The notes below the pieces were generated by a model, which worked only from the letters and a program-made list of their open reading frames with translations, searched no databases and was not told the origin of the DNA. A program made the position numbers and the translations under genes. From an uncultured Parachlamydiaceae bacterium (lineage in GTDB: Bacteria > Chlamydiota > Chlamydiia > Chlamydiales > Parachlamydiaceae), in contig CAVVXH010000007.1 in the NCBI GenBank assembly GCA_963752155.1, positions 1 through 64,000 of the forward strand: DNA of 64,000 bases, in the 5' to 3' direction. Below, one piece after another: positions 32,775 through 43,396 of the stretch (the stretch's first letter is position 1; every line of letters begins with the position of its first letter).

Positions 32775-34580
32775 ATGGATAAAAGTAAAGTCATTACATG
32801 GTTGCGCAGATCTGATTTCTTTGGCCTCCTTTCCATGAAACATCTAGAATCTCTTTATGACAAATTTATTCCTATTTCATTTGAAAGCGGGCAAACTCTG
32901 ATGTCTGAAGGGGATCAACCTGATTTTATGTACTTAATTATACACGGTCGTCTCAAGGTATTTAGGCGGTTTGGACAAGATGTAAAAGTTTATGCTGAAA
33001 TAGGCCAAGGTGAGATTGTCGGTGAATTTGCTTTACTTACTGAAGAAAAAAGGCATGCGAGTGTTATTTCGATTCGAGACTCCTATCTATTAAAATTGGG
33101 AATTAAAGACTTTCAGCAATTTATAAGTGAAAATCCTGCCGAAGCACAATTACTTTGGAAATGTACTTTATTGCGTGCTTTGAATTCAGGAATTACTGGA
33201 GCTCGAAGACGCGATAGCCCCATCGCCTCCATAGCATTAATCCCTAGAACTAATTCCCCTAACATAAAGGCAACAATTTCAAGTATTTGCTCTGAAATTT
33301 CTTACTTAAATGCGATGGCTCACCTCAATGAAAGTAAAATTCCTAGGAGCATTGATCGAAATCTTCCTCCAGAAGAATATTCGAATAGAATTACCGCGTG
33401 GCTGGATGATCTAGAGTTCAATTATCCATATATCGTTTATGAAGCTGAAAATCTTTCATCTTTATGGACAGAGCGATGTATTAGGCAAGCGGATACAATT
33501 GTATTTTTTGCTGAGGAAAATGAAGATCCCTCGCTCAATAAAATTGAGAAACTTTTATTTAATCATTCCATCTCAAAATCAATCCATTTGGTGATAGAAC
33601 AAGAATCCAACATTGAATTTCCAAATGACAGTTCTGCATGGAGAAATTTAAGGCCTAATGTACGTGTTCATTACCTTAGGAGGCAGAATCAACAAGACCT
33701 AAGAAGAATTTGTCGTTTGGTTACTGGTCAGCCAAGAGCTTTAATTCTATCTGGAGGAGGGTGTCTAGGGTATGCCCATTTAGGAGTCTATAAAGCTCTT
33801 GAAGAATTAGATATTTCTATAGACTGTATTGCTGGTGTAAGTGCAGGTGCTTGTGTTGGAGCTCTATTAGCCAGTGATAAGCCTTTTGATGAGATTATTG
33901 AAATAACTAAGGAGAAATTAATTAAAAAATCTAATAAAATTAAAGACTATGTTCTTCCTTTTGCTTCTTTATTTAGGGGATTGGGTTGGGAAAACATATT
34001 AAAGAGTATTTTTTCTGATCATCATATTGAAAATTTATGGATTGATTTTTTTACTTTAGCCTGTGATATAAATTCTAAAACTATAGATATATTAGATAGA
34101 GGTCTTATTTGGAAAGCTGTTCGTGCCAGTACTTCTTTACCGGGTATTTTCCCTCCATTTGTGTATGAAGATGGTAAAACTTTAATTGATGGTGGAGTTC
34201 TCAATAACTTTCCAATTGAGCAAATGTGTGATCGGATTGGATCTGGAGTAGTTATAGGTTCAGGATTTAAACAGGAGCAAGATATTCATATCCCTAGTGA
34301 TTATTCTTCTCTTTCAGATTGGAGCTTAACAAAAGAATATATGATTAGAAAGAAGAATAAGTATTCGTCATTGCCAGAAATTATCCAGAGATCTGTAACA
34401 ATTGCAAGTGATCAAGATGCAAAATCTATGCGTGCTAAGGCTGATCTTTACATAGAAATTGATAGGGCGGGTGTTACAATTTTTGATTTTAAAACTCTGG
34501 ATAAGATGATTGATCTTGGTTATTCTGTCACAATGAAAAAGGCTAGAGATTTACTCAAATTGACAAGATCTAGATTTTAG
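32775..34580 (+). CDS. cNMP-binding domain plus patatin-like phospholipase (NTE-like)
   Basis: GEIVGEFALL..RHASV; LSGGGCLG, GVSAG, DGG. Confidence 0.9.
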   Translation: MDKSKVITWLRRSDFFGLLSMKHLESLYDKFIPISFESGQTLMSEGDQPDFMYLIIHGRLKVFRRFGQDVKVYAEIGQGEIVGEFALLTEEKRHASVISIRDSYLLKLGIKDFQQFISENPAEAQLLWKCTLLRALNSGITGARRRDSPIASIALIPRTNSPNIKATISSICSEISYLNAMAHLNESKIPRSIDRNLPPEEYSNRITAWLDDLEFNYPYIVYEAENLSSLWTERCIRQADTIVFFAEENEDPSLNKIEKLLFNHSISKSIHLVIEQESNIEFPNDSSAWRNLRPNVRVHYLRRQNQQDLRRICRLVTGQPRALILSGGGCLGYAHLGVYKALEELDISIDCIAGVSAGACVGALLASDKPFDEIIEITKEKLIKKSNKIKDYVLPFASLFRGLGWENILKSIFSDHHIENLWIDFFTLACDINSKTIDILDRGLIWKAVRASTSLPGIFPPFVYEDGKTLIDGGVLNNFPIEQMCDRIGSGVVIGSGFKQEQDIHIPSDYSSLSDWSLTKEYMIRKKNKYSSLPEIIQRSVTIASDQDAKSMRAKADLYIEIDRAGVTIFDFKTLDKMIDLGYSVTMKKARDLLKLTRSRF

Positions 34581-34681
34581 CCATTGGTGGCTGGCCTGTC
34601 AGTGTGACATTTGCTCTTCTTGGAAGTAACGTTATCTGTTAGGCAAGTGCCACACTGACAGGCCAGCCACCAATGCCGAGG
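34580..34681. mobile_element. Diverged member of the GCCTTG hairpin family
   Basis: cattggtggctggcctgtcagtgtg...cacactgacaggccagccaccaatg. Confidence 0.6.
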
Positions 34682-34890
34682 TTACATTTACATTATCTTG
34701 GTTCATTTGAAATCCTTTCGCCTAATCTGTCCTATCCTTTAATTACAAAAATTATTTGCATGCGTGAGAATAGTAGTCGTAAATATGGTTGTAAAAAAGC
34801 TATTTTCGATTTTTTAACTTGTATGTGAAAGCATTGACTTTTAACAGATAATAAGTTATTATCAGTTTAATCTACCTTGCTGGAGTGTGT

Positions 34891-35805
34891 ATGTCTATTC
34901 AAAAATTTCTTGATCCAAAAAATGATTTTGCCTTTAAAAAAATTTTCGGCACAGAGAAAAACAAAACCATTCTCATTCGATTCATTAATGACATACTGGA
35001 TTTTAAAAAAGAAAAGAAAATTAAAGACGTAACTTTTCTCAACACTTCGCAAGATCCTGAGACAGAATCCAAAAAGCAAAGCATTGTCGATGTTCTGTGT
35101 AAAGATCAGCGTGGTCGTCAATATATAGTCGAAATGCAAATCGCTCATGGTAAAGGCTTTGAAAAACGAGCTCAGTATTATGCTGCTCGGGCATATTCAA
35201 GCCAAATGCATGTTGGAGAGAAATATGAAAATCTAAAAGAGATAATTTTTTTAGCAATAACAGATTTTGAGATGTTTCCCGGAAAGCCTGGATATCTTTC
35301 AACGCATGTGACGCTCGATAGAGAAACATTTACTCATGACTTAAAAGATTTTTATTTTTCTTTTCTGGAACTTCCAAAATTTAATAAAGACATTAAGGAT
35401 CTTAAATCTATAGTCGATAAATGGGCTTATTTTTTTAAAAATGCGCCAACGACAACCCCTGAACAGTTAGATGAGATTGCAGCAAATGATCAGATCATCA
35501 AAAAAGCTTTTGAGGCGTTGGATCAATTTTATTGGACTGAAGAAGAGATTAAAAAGTATGAACAAGAAATGAAGCGTGCTCTGGATGAACAAGCTATCCT
35601 AGCGCAACGTTTTGATCAAGGTGTTGCTCAAGGTATTGCTGAAGGTGTTGCTCAAGGTGTGCTTCAAGTGGCACTTAATCTTTTGAAGCAAGCAATTCCT
35701 ATTCAGACGATTCAAACCGTTACAAATTTATCTTCTGCAGAATTGATACAACTTCAAAATCAATTGTCACAACCAGCAAATAAGAAAAAGAGACGCAGTT
35801 CATAA
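34891..35805 (+). CDS. Rpn family PD-(D/E)XK nuclease (recombination-promoting nuclease/putative transposase)
   Basis: LDPKNDFAFKKIFG, SIVDV, IVEMQ, KRAQYY, FLELPKF; C-terminal QGVA repeats. Confidence 0.92.
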   Translation: MSIQKFLDPKNDFAFKKIFGTEKNKTILIRFINDILDFKKEKKIKDVTFLNTSQDPETESKKQSIVDVLCKDQRGRQYIVEMQIAHGKGFEKRAQYYAARAYSSQMHVGEKYENLKEIIFLAITDFEMFPGKPGYLSTHVTLDRETFTHDLKDFYFSFLELPKFNKDIKDLKSIVDKWAYFFKNAPTTTPEQLDEIAANDQIIKKAFEALDQFYWTEEEIKKYEQEMKRALDEQAILAQRFDQGVAQGIAEGVAQGVLQVALNLLKQAIPIQTIQTVTNLSSAELIQLQNQLSQPANKKKRRSS

Positions 35806-35883
35806 TCATTAATCGCAACTTACTCATATCTGTATATAAAGGAGCAAGTAAAATTAACGTTGAACTATTTCCCAGACAAAGGC

Positions 35884-36519
35884 TCAAAGAATAATTCTAA
35901 TCGCATGATGCACAGGGTGATAGTACTTGTTTACAAAACTTGCATTGACAAATGTCGCCTTTAAGGGACCTTCTTGAGTCCCATAGCCTTCGTGGATGTG
36001 ACCAAAGAGATGAAGCTTGAGTTCCGGCATCTTCAAAACTCTACTTTTTAGAGAAGGGCTGCCTGCGCGTGCGTGTGAGCTCCACGTTTTATCCAAAATT
36101 CCTTCAGGAGGACTGTGAGTTATAAGAATGTCAATGTTATCCGGAATAAGTTCAAATCTTTCAAGAAGTTGAGTTTCGAAATTTAATCCAAAAGCTTTAC
36201 AGCGCGGATTTTGCCCAACAAAATTTTTGGTCCAGGGAGTACCCCAAATTTTGAATCCATTGATTTCAATTCCTGAGTCACATAAGTAGATAGCATCTTC
36301 AAAGTAAGCTCGTGGATTTTCATGAAAGGCTAAGAAGTTATCGTGATTACCGGCAATGAGTACTTTTTTGGTATAGGGTTGGTTCTTTAACCATTGCTTA
36401 AATTCCTCAAATTCATAAGGCTCATCTCGAGCGGTTAGATCTCCGGCTATTAAGAGAAGATCGCCACCTTGCAGTTTTGGTGTGAATCCGTGAAGGTCGC
36501 TAATGCAGTCGATAATCAT
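35884..36519 (-). CDS. Metallophosphoesterase (MPPED-like)
   Basis: ISDLHG, AGD, GNHD, LITHSPP, FGHIHE. Confidence 0.9.
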   Translation of the reverse strand: MIIDCISDLHGFTPKLQGGDLLLIAGDLTARDEPYEFEEFKQWLKNQPYTKKVLIAGNHDNFLAFHENPRAYFEDAIYLCDSGIEINGFKIWGTPWTKNFVGQNPRCKAFGLNFETQLLERFELIPDNIDILITHSPPEGILDKTWSSHARAGSPSLKSRVLKMPELKLHLFGHIHEGYGTQEGPLKATFVNASFVNKYYHPVHHAIRIIL

Positions 36520-36550
36520 TTAAATCCCATAATTAGCTTTAACCTTTGTC

Positions 36551-37975
36551 CTAATCCTTAGCCAAAAGTTGGCTAAAATCTATAATTTGTGAAAAATATT
36601 CCGATTCAATTAGATGATCCGATACTCCATTGACATGAAACAGAACCGGTCGACAAGAAAAGCCTTTTGGTCGCTCAAGTAAATTAATTTTGTCTTTCAC
36701 TTCATTGATCACTTGTTCATCAACTTCCCGTTTAGCAAATTTTATTTCGCAAATATAAAGTTGATTATATTTCGTTTGAATCATCAAATCGATTTGGCAT
36801 TTTTTTCGATGGGCAGTCTCCGTCTGCAAATAAGGACCTGCTGTAATGATTTCATGAGGCGGGATTTTTAATAGTTCAATAATCCTGCTGAGGTTATTGA
36901 GAATCAAATTTTCAAATTGTAATCCCATGATCGTAAACCATGAGGAGGGCAATTCATGAAAAGTCCCTTGTTTGATTGCAATTCGTTTTGGTTCGACATA
37001 TTTCAAGTAAAATCGAATGTAATTATCCCGCAAACGATACTGACTTAATTTTGATAACCGCCCATCGTTCATATGCCAAGTGTAATCTCTTGCTAAAAAA
37101 CCACTCTCTTCTAGGTCCATCAATGCATCTGTCAGGTCTCCACCCTTGACACGTCCTAATCTCTCAGCGATTTTTTCCATTGTTGCAGCCCCTTGCACAA
37201 GGCTTTGGACTATTTCTCGATACTTCGCCTGACGTCCGTTAAACAAATCCGTAAAAATAATATCGAATTCATTGAATAAAACACCCGTTTCGGTGAAACA
37301 AAGTCGAAAAATATTTTCTTCAGCAGTCAAGTCAGGGATAATCTCTTCAAGATATCTAGGAACTCCTCCTGTGACAGATAATATCTTGAATTTTTCATAT
37401 GGGGAGACATTGTCTCGTTTGCGACCCCAAAATTTATCACATTCATGCAACGGAAGTTCCTTAAGCAAAAGGCTATATGAAACACGTCCCATAAACCCTG
37501 TTCCACTAAGGATATTTTTTTCAATCCATGTAGAATTTGATCCGGAAATGATAAGAATAAGTTGAGGATTTTTATTAAAATGAAGATCCCATGCGATTTT
37601 CAATTTTCCTAAAAAATCGGGATCTTTTGATCCCATCCAAGTGATCTCATCAAGAACAACCAAAACTTTACCGGATTGGCAATGCTTGGCAATAGAAGTA
37701 AATAGATCCCCCCAATCGTTAGTTTCAAAACTAGGAATGCCATTTTCATGCATTTGTCGACGGAATTCAACGCGCTGTGCATCGGCAGTTGGATTTTTAG
37801 AAGGTGGTAAGCCGGAAAAGATATAGGCTTTTGAAAATTGCTCGGCAAATTTTTCAGCAAGTCGACTTTTGCCAATACGTCGACGTCCTCTCAATACGAC
37901 TAGGCTTGCACTATTTTTCCTTTGGAGTTCAATCAGACCTTGAATCTCCTTTTCGCGACCTAAAAATCTTCTCAT
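36551..37975 (-). CDS. AAA ATPase (ATPase_2 type) with wHTH and C-terminal PD-(D/E)XK-like domain
   Basis: FLGREKE, GRRRIGKS, VVLDEI, GGVPRYL, QIDL...CEIK. Confidence 0.9.
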   Translation of the reverse strand: MRRFLGREKEIQGLIELQRKNSASLVVLRGRRRIGKSRLAEKFAEQFSKAYIFSGLPPSKNPTADAQRVEFRRQMHENGIPSFETNDWGDLFTSIAKHCQSGKVLVVLDEITWMGSKDPDFLGKLKIAWDLHFNKNPQLILIISGSNSTWIEKNILSGTGFMGRVSYSLLLKELPLHECDKFWGRKRDNVSPYEKFKILSVTGGVPRYLEEIIPDLTAEENIFRLCFTETGVLFNEFDIIFTDLFNGRQAKYREIVQSLVQGAATMEKIAERLGRVKGGDLTDALMDLEESGFLARDYTWHMNDGRLSKLSQYRLRDNYIRFYLKYVEPKRIAIKQGTFHELPSSWFTIMGLQFENLILNNLSRIIELLKIPPHEIITAGPYLQTETAHRKKCQIDLMIQTKYNQLYICEIKFAKREVDEQVINEVKDKINLLERPKGFSCRPVLFHVNGVSDHLIESEYFSQIIDFSQLLAKD

Positions 37976-38018
37976 TGTGTTCTTCCGGTAAGAATAAAAA
38001 TTCATGATACGTTATTGT

Positions 38019-38055
38019 TTCCCACCAAATCAATAAAAATCTGATTTGGTGGGAA
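38019..38055. promoter_or_regulatory. Perfect 14-bp inverted repeat upstream of ATPase (putative operator)
   Basis: ttcccaccaaatca-N9-tgatttggtgggaa. Confidence 0.5.
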
Positions 38056-38096
38056 TGTAAATAAATTTTGGTACAAGTGGGTTCCAAGGTACCTTT

Positions 38097-38267
38097 TTAT
38101 TGAATGGTCATCTTTCAGGATTCTCATTAGAAAGACTTACAAGGTTTTTGAATATTCTTGATTATGACGTAGATATTTGCGTAAAACCGAAGCCAAAAAA
38201 TCGAGCGGCGCATACTTGTATTTTTTCGAGTCATTCCTACAGTCCCCTTGTAGCAAAAAGTAAGTAA
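38097..38267 (+). pseudogene. XRE/HigA-type HTH antitoxin C-terminal fragment
   Basis: LLNGHLSGFSLERLTRFLNILDYDVDICVKPKP; no start codon. Confidence 0.65.
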
Positions 38268-38497
38268 GCTGGTCTCAAAAAGTGTCCATAGACACAATAA
38301 TGTGTTTCGTTAAAGGTTAGATTATGGATTAAAATGATCATGAAGGAAAATGACAATGGAAGTATCCGAAATGCCTTTGGCATGTAAAAATTGAATGGCT
38401 CGAATTATAAGATCTCTTCTCTCTCTTTTTTCTTTAAATGAAGAAAAAAGACCCTAAGGGATTTGCCTACGTAGAGATTCATTTGCTTGTATTTTTG

Positions 38498-38949
38498 TTA
38501 ACTAATAAAACCGAAATAAAATAAGGGAATGACGTTTTTAGTCGGAAATAAGATATCGTCTTTGACAAGAAAACTTGGATCATGAGATTCAGCAATTTGT
38601 CTTCCTGTTTTATTTTTTCCTCCAATTTCAAACACATGCTGATTCACTCGATAATCACCCAGTTTAGAATAAAAAACAGTTTGATTGGCATCTCGAAGAG
38701 CCTGCAGAAAAAAAAGTTCTCGCAACGTACCGGTTTGTAAATGAGTTCCAACAAGAGCTTTTAGAGTATGAAGCAGTGTGGTGTTATGAAGAAAGATTTT
38801 TTGAGGCTTTCTTAAATATTGCCCACCCCTCGAGGACCGATTAAACCGGTTAGTTGGCTTAATTTAAAGGAATCGTACATGCTTCGTTTCGCTGTAAGGT
38901 CAACGTGCGAGATAAGTCTCTCGAAAATTTCCTGAAGAAAATCAAACAT
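38498..38949 (-). pseudogene. AAA_14 ATPase pseudogene with internal deletion
   Basis: MFDFLQ...GLIGPRGVG joined out of frame to LRKPQKIFL...FEIGGKNK...IPLFYFGFIS. Confidence 0.75.
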
Positions 38950-39030
38950 TTAAGTACACTTCAAAGTTTTGTGTTATATTTTTAAGTGTACTTAAATTGG
39001 TTAGTTTGTCAATAGATTTGAATTTGTGTC

Positions 39031-39108
39031 AGGAAATAGAACTGTGTCTCTGTCGTGTGAAATCATAACAGATAAGAAATTGCGCAAATTGTAGCTCATC
39101 ATTCCGAT
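39031..39108 (+). repeat. ~78-bp direct repeat, left of hen1-pnkp
   Basis: aggaaatagaactgtgtctc...tgtagctcatcattccgat, repeated at 43318-43396. Confidence 0.85.
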
Positions 39109-39320
39109 CATACTTTTAACTCAATCTTTTGGCCATTACCACTCTACGCAGAGGTTTAGACTGTTTTTACCTGGTTCGACAGGGGGCTTTAGGAGGATGG
39201 AATACGTAAATCTAGCGTCAATATCATTGATTTTTAACAGGAAATGAGCCATGCTTCTAATCATGCAGTTACTAAACTGGAGGTACTCATGGCATCTCCT
39301 ACCCTTAAGTGAAAATTAAA

Positions 39321-40730
39321 ATGTTATTAACGTTAAAAACATCGCGATATCCAGCAACAGAACTTGGATACTTGCTGCACAAAAATCCGGCAAAATGTCA
39401 CGTATTTGATTTGTCTGTAGGAAAAGCCTATGTTTTTTTTCCTGAAACCGATCCAAATAGTTGTTGCGCTGCTTTATTGCTTGACGTTGATCCTATTGCT
39501 TTAGTGAAAAGAAAGAAAGGACGTTCGGATGATAGTTTCATCCTTGGGCAATATGTTAATGATCGTCCTTATGTGGCCTCTTCATTTTTGAGTATGGCTA
39601 TTGCCAAAGTCTTCAATCAAAGTTTAAAAGGATTGTGCAAAGAAAAGCCAGAACTTCTAACTGAACCTTGGCCTTTCGAAGTGTGTATAGCCGCGTTACC
39701 TTGTCAGAGCAAGACAGGAAAGGATTTAATAAAAAATCTTTTAGAGCCATTGGGTTACCAACTCACTATAAGTGAATATCCATTGAATGAAAAAAATCCA
39801 GATTGGGGCAACGCTCAAACCCACACAGTTACGCTTAAAAAGACTTGTTTTTTGAAAGATTTACTCTCTCACTTATACGTACTCATTCCAGTGCTAGACA
39901 ACCAAAAACATTATTGGGTTAGCGAAGATGAAGTTGAAAAATTGCTAAAGCATGGAGAAGGATGGCTTTCTCATCATCCTAGTAAAGATTTAATTGTTTC
40001 AAGATATCTTAAGCGTCAAAGGGACTTGACAGATGAAGCCCTGACAAGATTACGTGAGGAAGAGGGACAGCAAATAGATATAATCGAACGAGTTCATGCG
40101 AATGAAGAAGAAAAGCTCGAAAGTGGATTGTCTTTACATTTACAAAGAATGCAAGCCGTGTTGAATGTCTTAAAAGAGCATCAAGTTAATTCAGTAGTTG
40201 ACCTTGGATGTGGAGAAGGGATTCTTATTAAAACTCTCTTATGTGATTCTTCCTTTAGCCACATTCTTGGAGTCGATGTTTCATATAAACAGTTAGAACG
40301 TGCAAAGGAAAAGTTGAATCTAGATCGGTTACCTCCCTTGCAAAGGAAAAGAATAGACCTTATTCAAGGATCTCTCAATTATACGGATAAACGCATTCAA
40401 GGCTTTGATGCAGCCACACTTATTGAAGTTATCGAACATCTTGACGTTTCTAGGCTATCTACATTGGAATACGTTGTTTTTGGTGACGCAAAGCCAAAAC
40501 TTGTCACCATTACAACCCCAAATGCCGAGTATAATGTTAAGTTTGAGGAGCTGCCAGCAGGGACCTTTCGTCATAAAGACCATAGATTCGAGTGGACAAG
40601 GAAGGAATTTCAAACATGGGGCGAAAAGATAGCAAATTGCTATGGGTACTCCGTGAGTTTTCAGGCTATAGGTCCTGTCGATGAAAACCTTGGTGGCCCT
40701 ACACAAATGGGCGTTTTTACTAAACTATAA
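39321..40730 (+). CDS. hen1: 3'-terminal RNA ribose 2'-O-methyltransferase Hen1
   Basis: PATELGYLLHKNP, YVNDRPY, KHYWV, DLGCGEG, EVIEH, RHKDHRFEWTR. Confidence 0.95.
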   Translation: MLLTLKTSRYPATELGYLLHKNPAKCHVFDLSVGKAYVFFPETDPNSCCAALLLDVDPIALVKRKKGRSDDSFILGQYVNDRPYVASSFLSMAIAKVFNQSLKGLCKEKPELLTEPWPFEVCIAALPCQSKTGKDLIKNLLEPLGYQLTISEYPLNEKNPDWGNAQTHTVTLKKTCFLKDLLSHLYVLIPVLDNQKHYWVSEDEVEKLLKHGEGWLSHHPSKDLIVSRYLKRQRDLTDEALTRLREEEGQQIDIIERVHANEEEKLESGLSLHLQRMQAVLNVLKEHQVNSVVDLGCGEGILIKTLLCDSSFSHILGVDVSYKQLERAKEKLNLDRLPPLQRKRIDLIQGSLNYTDKRIQGFDAATLIEVIEHLDVSRLSTLEYVVFGDAKPKLVTITTPNAEYNVKFEELPAGTFRHKDHRFEWTRKEFQTWGEKIANCYGYSVSFQAIGPVDENLGGPTQMGVFTKL

Positions 40731-40751
40731 ATAGCAAAATGCATACTTCTT

Positions 40752-43307
40752 ATGGAACAAAATATCCTAAAAATACCTGAGTTATCCCTCATTCTCCTCG
40801 TTGGAATTACGGGCTCAGGAAAGTCAACATTCGCCCAAAAGCATTTTAAACCTACAGAAGTCATTTCAAGCGATTATTGCCGTGCGCTTGTCTCTGATGA
40901 TCCAAATGACCAGTCTGCAACGAATGATGCTTTTGAAGTTCTGGCTTACATTGCTTCTAAACGCTTAGCGGCTGGCAAGTTAACGGTGATTGATGCGACC
41001 AATATCCAACCAGATTCTAGAAAAAACTTACTTAATTTAGCTAAGCGTTTTCACTGCATTCCTGTGGCAATTGTGATTAATACCTCCGAAAAATTATGCA
41101 TCGAACGCAATAAAAAAAGATCAGACAGAAGTTTTGGAGAGCATGTTATTAAACAGCAAAGCGATCAACTCAAACGCTCCCTTCAACATCTCAAAAAGGA
41201 AGGCTTTCGGGATGTTTACAAGCTTGAAACTCAAGAGGAAGTCGAATCCGCTGTTATCCAAAAAGTAAAATTGTGGAATGACCTTAAACATGAGCATGGA
41301 CCTTTTGATATCATTGGAGATATCCACGGGTGTTTCGAAGAACTTTCAGAACTTCTCAAGACTCTTGGATATGTCATCCACCACGATAACAAATATTTTG
41401 TAAGTAATCCACACGGACGAAAAGTAATATTTTTAGGAGATCTTGTTGACCGAGGACCTAATACCCCCGCTGTATTAAAATTAGTTATGGATATGACAGA
41501 AGCGGGTATCGCTTTATGCGTACCTGGTAATCATGATATAAAATTGATGCGAAAACTCAAAGGTCAAGATGTCAAGGTAGCTCATGGCATGCAAGACTCC
41601 TTGGAACAATTGGAGCGAGAATCCAAGGATTTCATTCAACGAGTGATTGGTTTTATTGATGGCTTAGTTAGCCATTATGTGTTGGATGATGGTAAGCTGG
41701 TTGTCGCTCACGCTGGTATGAAAGAAAGTTATCAAGGTCGTGGTTCAAAAATTGTGAGAGAGTTTGCGCTATATGGTGAAACGACCGGTGAAACAGATGA
41801 GTACGGTCTACCTGTCCGATATGCCTGGGCTAATGAATATAGAGGCAAGGCCATTGTCGTTTACGGTCATACACCGATCCCAGCTTCAGATTGGTTAAAT
41901 AGTACAATCAATATAGATAACGGCTGCGTTTTTGGTGGAAAATTGACTGCGTTGAGATACCCTGAAAAAGAGTTAGTGTCTGTGGTTTCGAAACAAGTAT
42001 ATGCCAAACCGGTAAAACCCCTTTTAGTTGAAGTTTCTGATAACAGTGTTCGTTCCAGAAACGATATTTTAAGCCTCAGTGATTTCCTGGGTAAGAAAAT
42101 CGTTTCAACTCGTTTACATAATAATGTGACCATTCTTGAAGAAAATTCGATCGCTGCTTTAGAAGTAATGAGTCGCTTTGCCATCAATCCTAAATTACTC
42201 ATCTACCTACCTCCAACGATGGCTCCTACTGAAACAAGCGATGATCCCAAATATTTAGAACACCCCAATGATTCCTTCAGATTCTTTCGAAAAAACAGAA
42301 TATCCAAAGTGATATGTCAAGAAAAACATATGGGTTCAAGAGCTATTGTGATTATCTGTAAAGACACAAATGTTGTTAAGACCCGCTTTGGGGTTGATGA
42401 AGATAGAATTGGTATTTGTTACACTAGAACGGGAAGAAATTTTTTTACAGAGACTCAGATAGAATCTCAATTTTTGAATAAAGTTCAGATGGCGGTTGAA
42501 AAAGCTGATCTATGGGCTAAATTGAATACTGATTGGATCTGCTTGGATTGCGAATTAATGCCTTGGTCGGCAAAAGCGCAGGAGTTAATCAAGGAACAAT
42601 ATGCTTCTGTTGGTGCAGCAGCACAATCGAGCTTATCGATGACTGTTCAACTACTTGAAAAGGCTCTTAAAAAGAACCCTGAGGTTGCAGATCTTTATTC
42701 AAAATTTACCCATAAATTAGAAATGGTCGATGATTACATTCGATCATATGAACGTTACTGCTGGCCAATCACATCTATCGAAGACTATAAATTAGCTCCA
42801 TTTCATATTCTTGCAAGCGAAGGCAATGTTCATGTAGAAAAGGATCATGGATGGCACATGGATGTAATCAGGCAGCTAGTTGCAGCAGACAGTTCGCTTT
42901 TCAAGGAAACCCAATCCAAGATCGTTCATATCGAAGATACTCAAAGCTGTGAGGAGGCGGTGAATTGGTGGTTACAACTAACTGAACAACAAGGTGGTGA
43001 AGGTTTTGTTATTAAACCTTATGATTTTACCGTAGTCGGCACTCATGGATTAATTCAGCCTGGTCTTAAGTGTCGCGGACGTGAATATTTAAGGATTATT
43101 TATGGACCCGAGTATACAATTCAGGAGAATTTAGATCGCGTTAAAGTAAGGAACGTTGGAAAAAAGCGTTCCTTAGCTCTTCGAGAATATGCATTGGGTA
43201 TTGAAGCATTAGAAAGATTTGTTAAAAAAGAACCTCTTTATAAATGCCATGAGGCTGTATTTGGAATATTGGCCTTGGAAAGTGAGCCTATTGATCCAAG
43301 GCTATGA
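40752..43307 (+). CDS. pnkp: Polynucleotide kinase-phosphatase-ligase Pnkp
   Basis: GSGKST kinase; GDIHG/GDLVDRG/GNHD phosphatase; EKHMGSR, EGFVIKP, LKCRGREYLRIIYG ligase; ends DPRL. Confidence 0.95.
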   Translation: MEQNILKIPELSLILLVGITGSGKSTFAQKHFKPTEVISSDYCRALVSDDPNDQSATNDAFEVLAYIASKRLAAGKLTVIDATNIQPDSRKNLLNLAKRFHCIPVAIVINTSEKLCIERNKKRSDRSFGEHVIKQQSDQLKRSLQHLKKEGFRDVYKLETQEEVESAVIQKVKLWNDLKHEHGPFDIIGDIHGCFEELSELLKTLGYVIHHDNKYFVSNPHGRKVIFLGDLVDRGPNTPAVLKLVMDMTEAGIALCVPGNHDIKLMRKLKGQDVKVAHGMQDSLEQLERESKDFIQRVIGFIDGLVSHYVLDDGKLVVAHAGMKESYQGRGSKIVREFALYGETTGETDEYGLPVRYAWANEYRGKAIVVYGHTPIPASDWLNSTINIDNGCVFGGKLTALRYPEKELVSVVSKQVYAKPVKPLLVEVSDNSVRSRNDILSLSDFLGKKIVSTRLHNNVTILEENSIAALEVMSRFAINPKLLIYLPPTMAPTETSDDPKYLEHPNDSFRFFRKNRISKVICQEKHMGSRAIVIICKDTNVVKTRFGVDEDRIGICYTRTGRNFFTETQIESQFLNKVQMAVEKADLWAKLNTDWICLDCELMPWSAKAQELIKEQYASVGAAAQSSLSMTVQLLEKALKKNPEVADLYSKFTHKLEMVDDYIRSYERYCWPITSIEDYKLAPFHILASEGNVHVEKDHGWHMDVIRQLVAADSSLFKETQSKIVHIEDTQSCEEAVNWWLQLTEQQGGEGFVIKPYDFTVVGTHGLIQPGLKCRGREYLRIIYGPEYTIQENLDRVKVRNVGKKRSLALREYALGIEALERFVKKEPLYKCHEAVFGILALESEPIDPRL

Positions 43308-43317
43308 GTAAAGGCTT

Positions 43318-43396
43318 AGGAAATAGAACTGTGTCTCTTGCCGCGTGAAATCACAACAGATAAGAAATTGCGCAAATTGTAGCTCATCATTCCGAT
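43318..43396 (+). repeat. ~78-bp direct repeat, right of hen1-pnkp
   Basis: Copy of 39031-39108. Confidence 0.85.
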
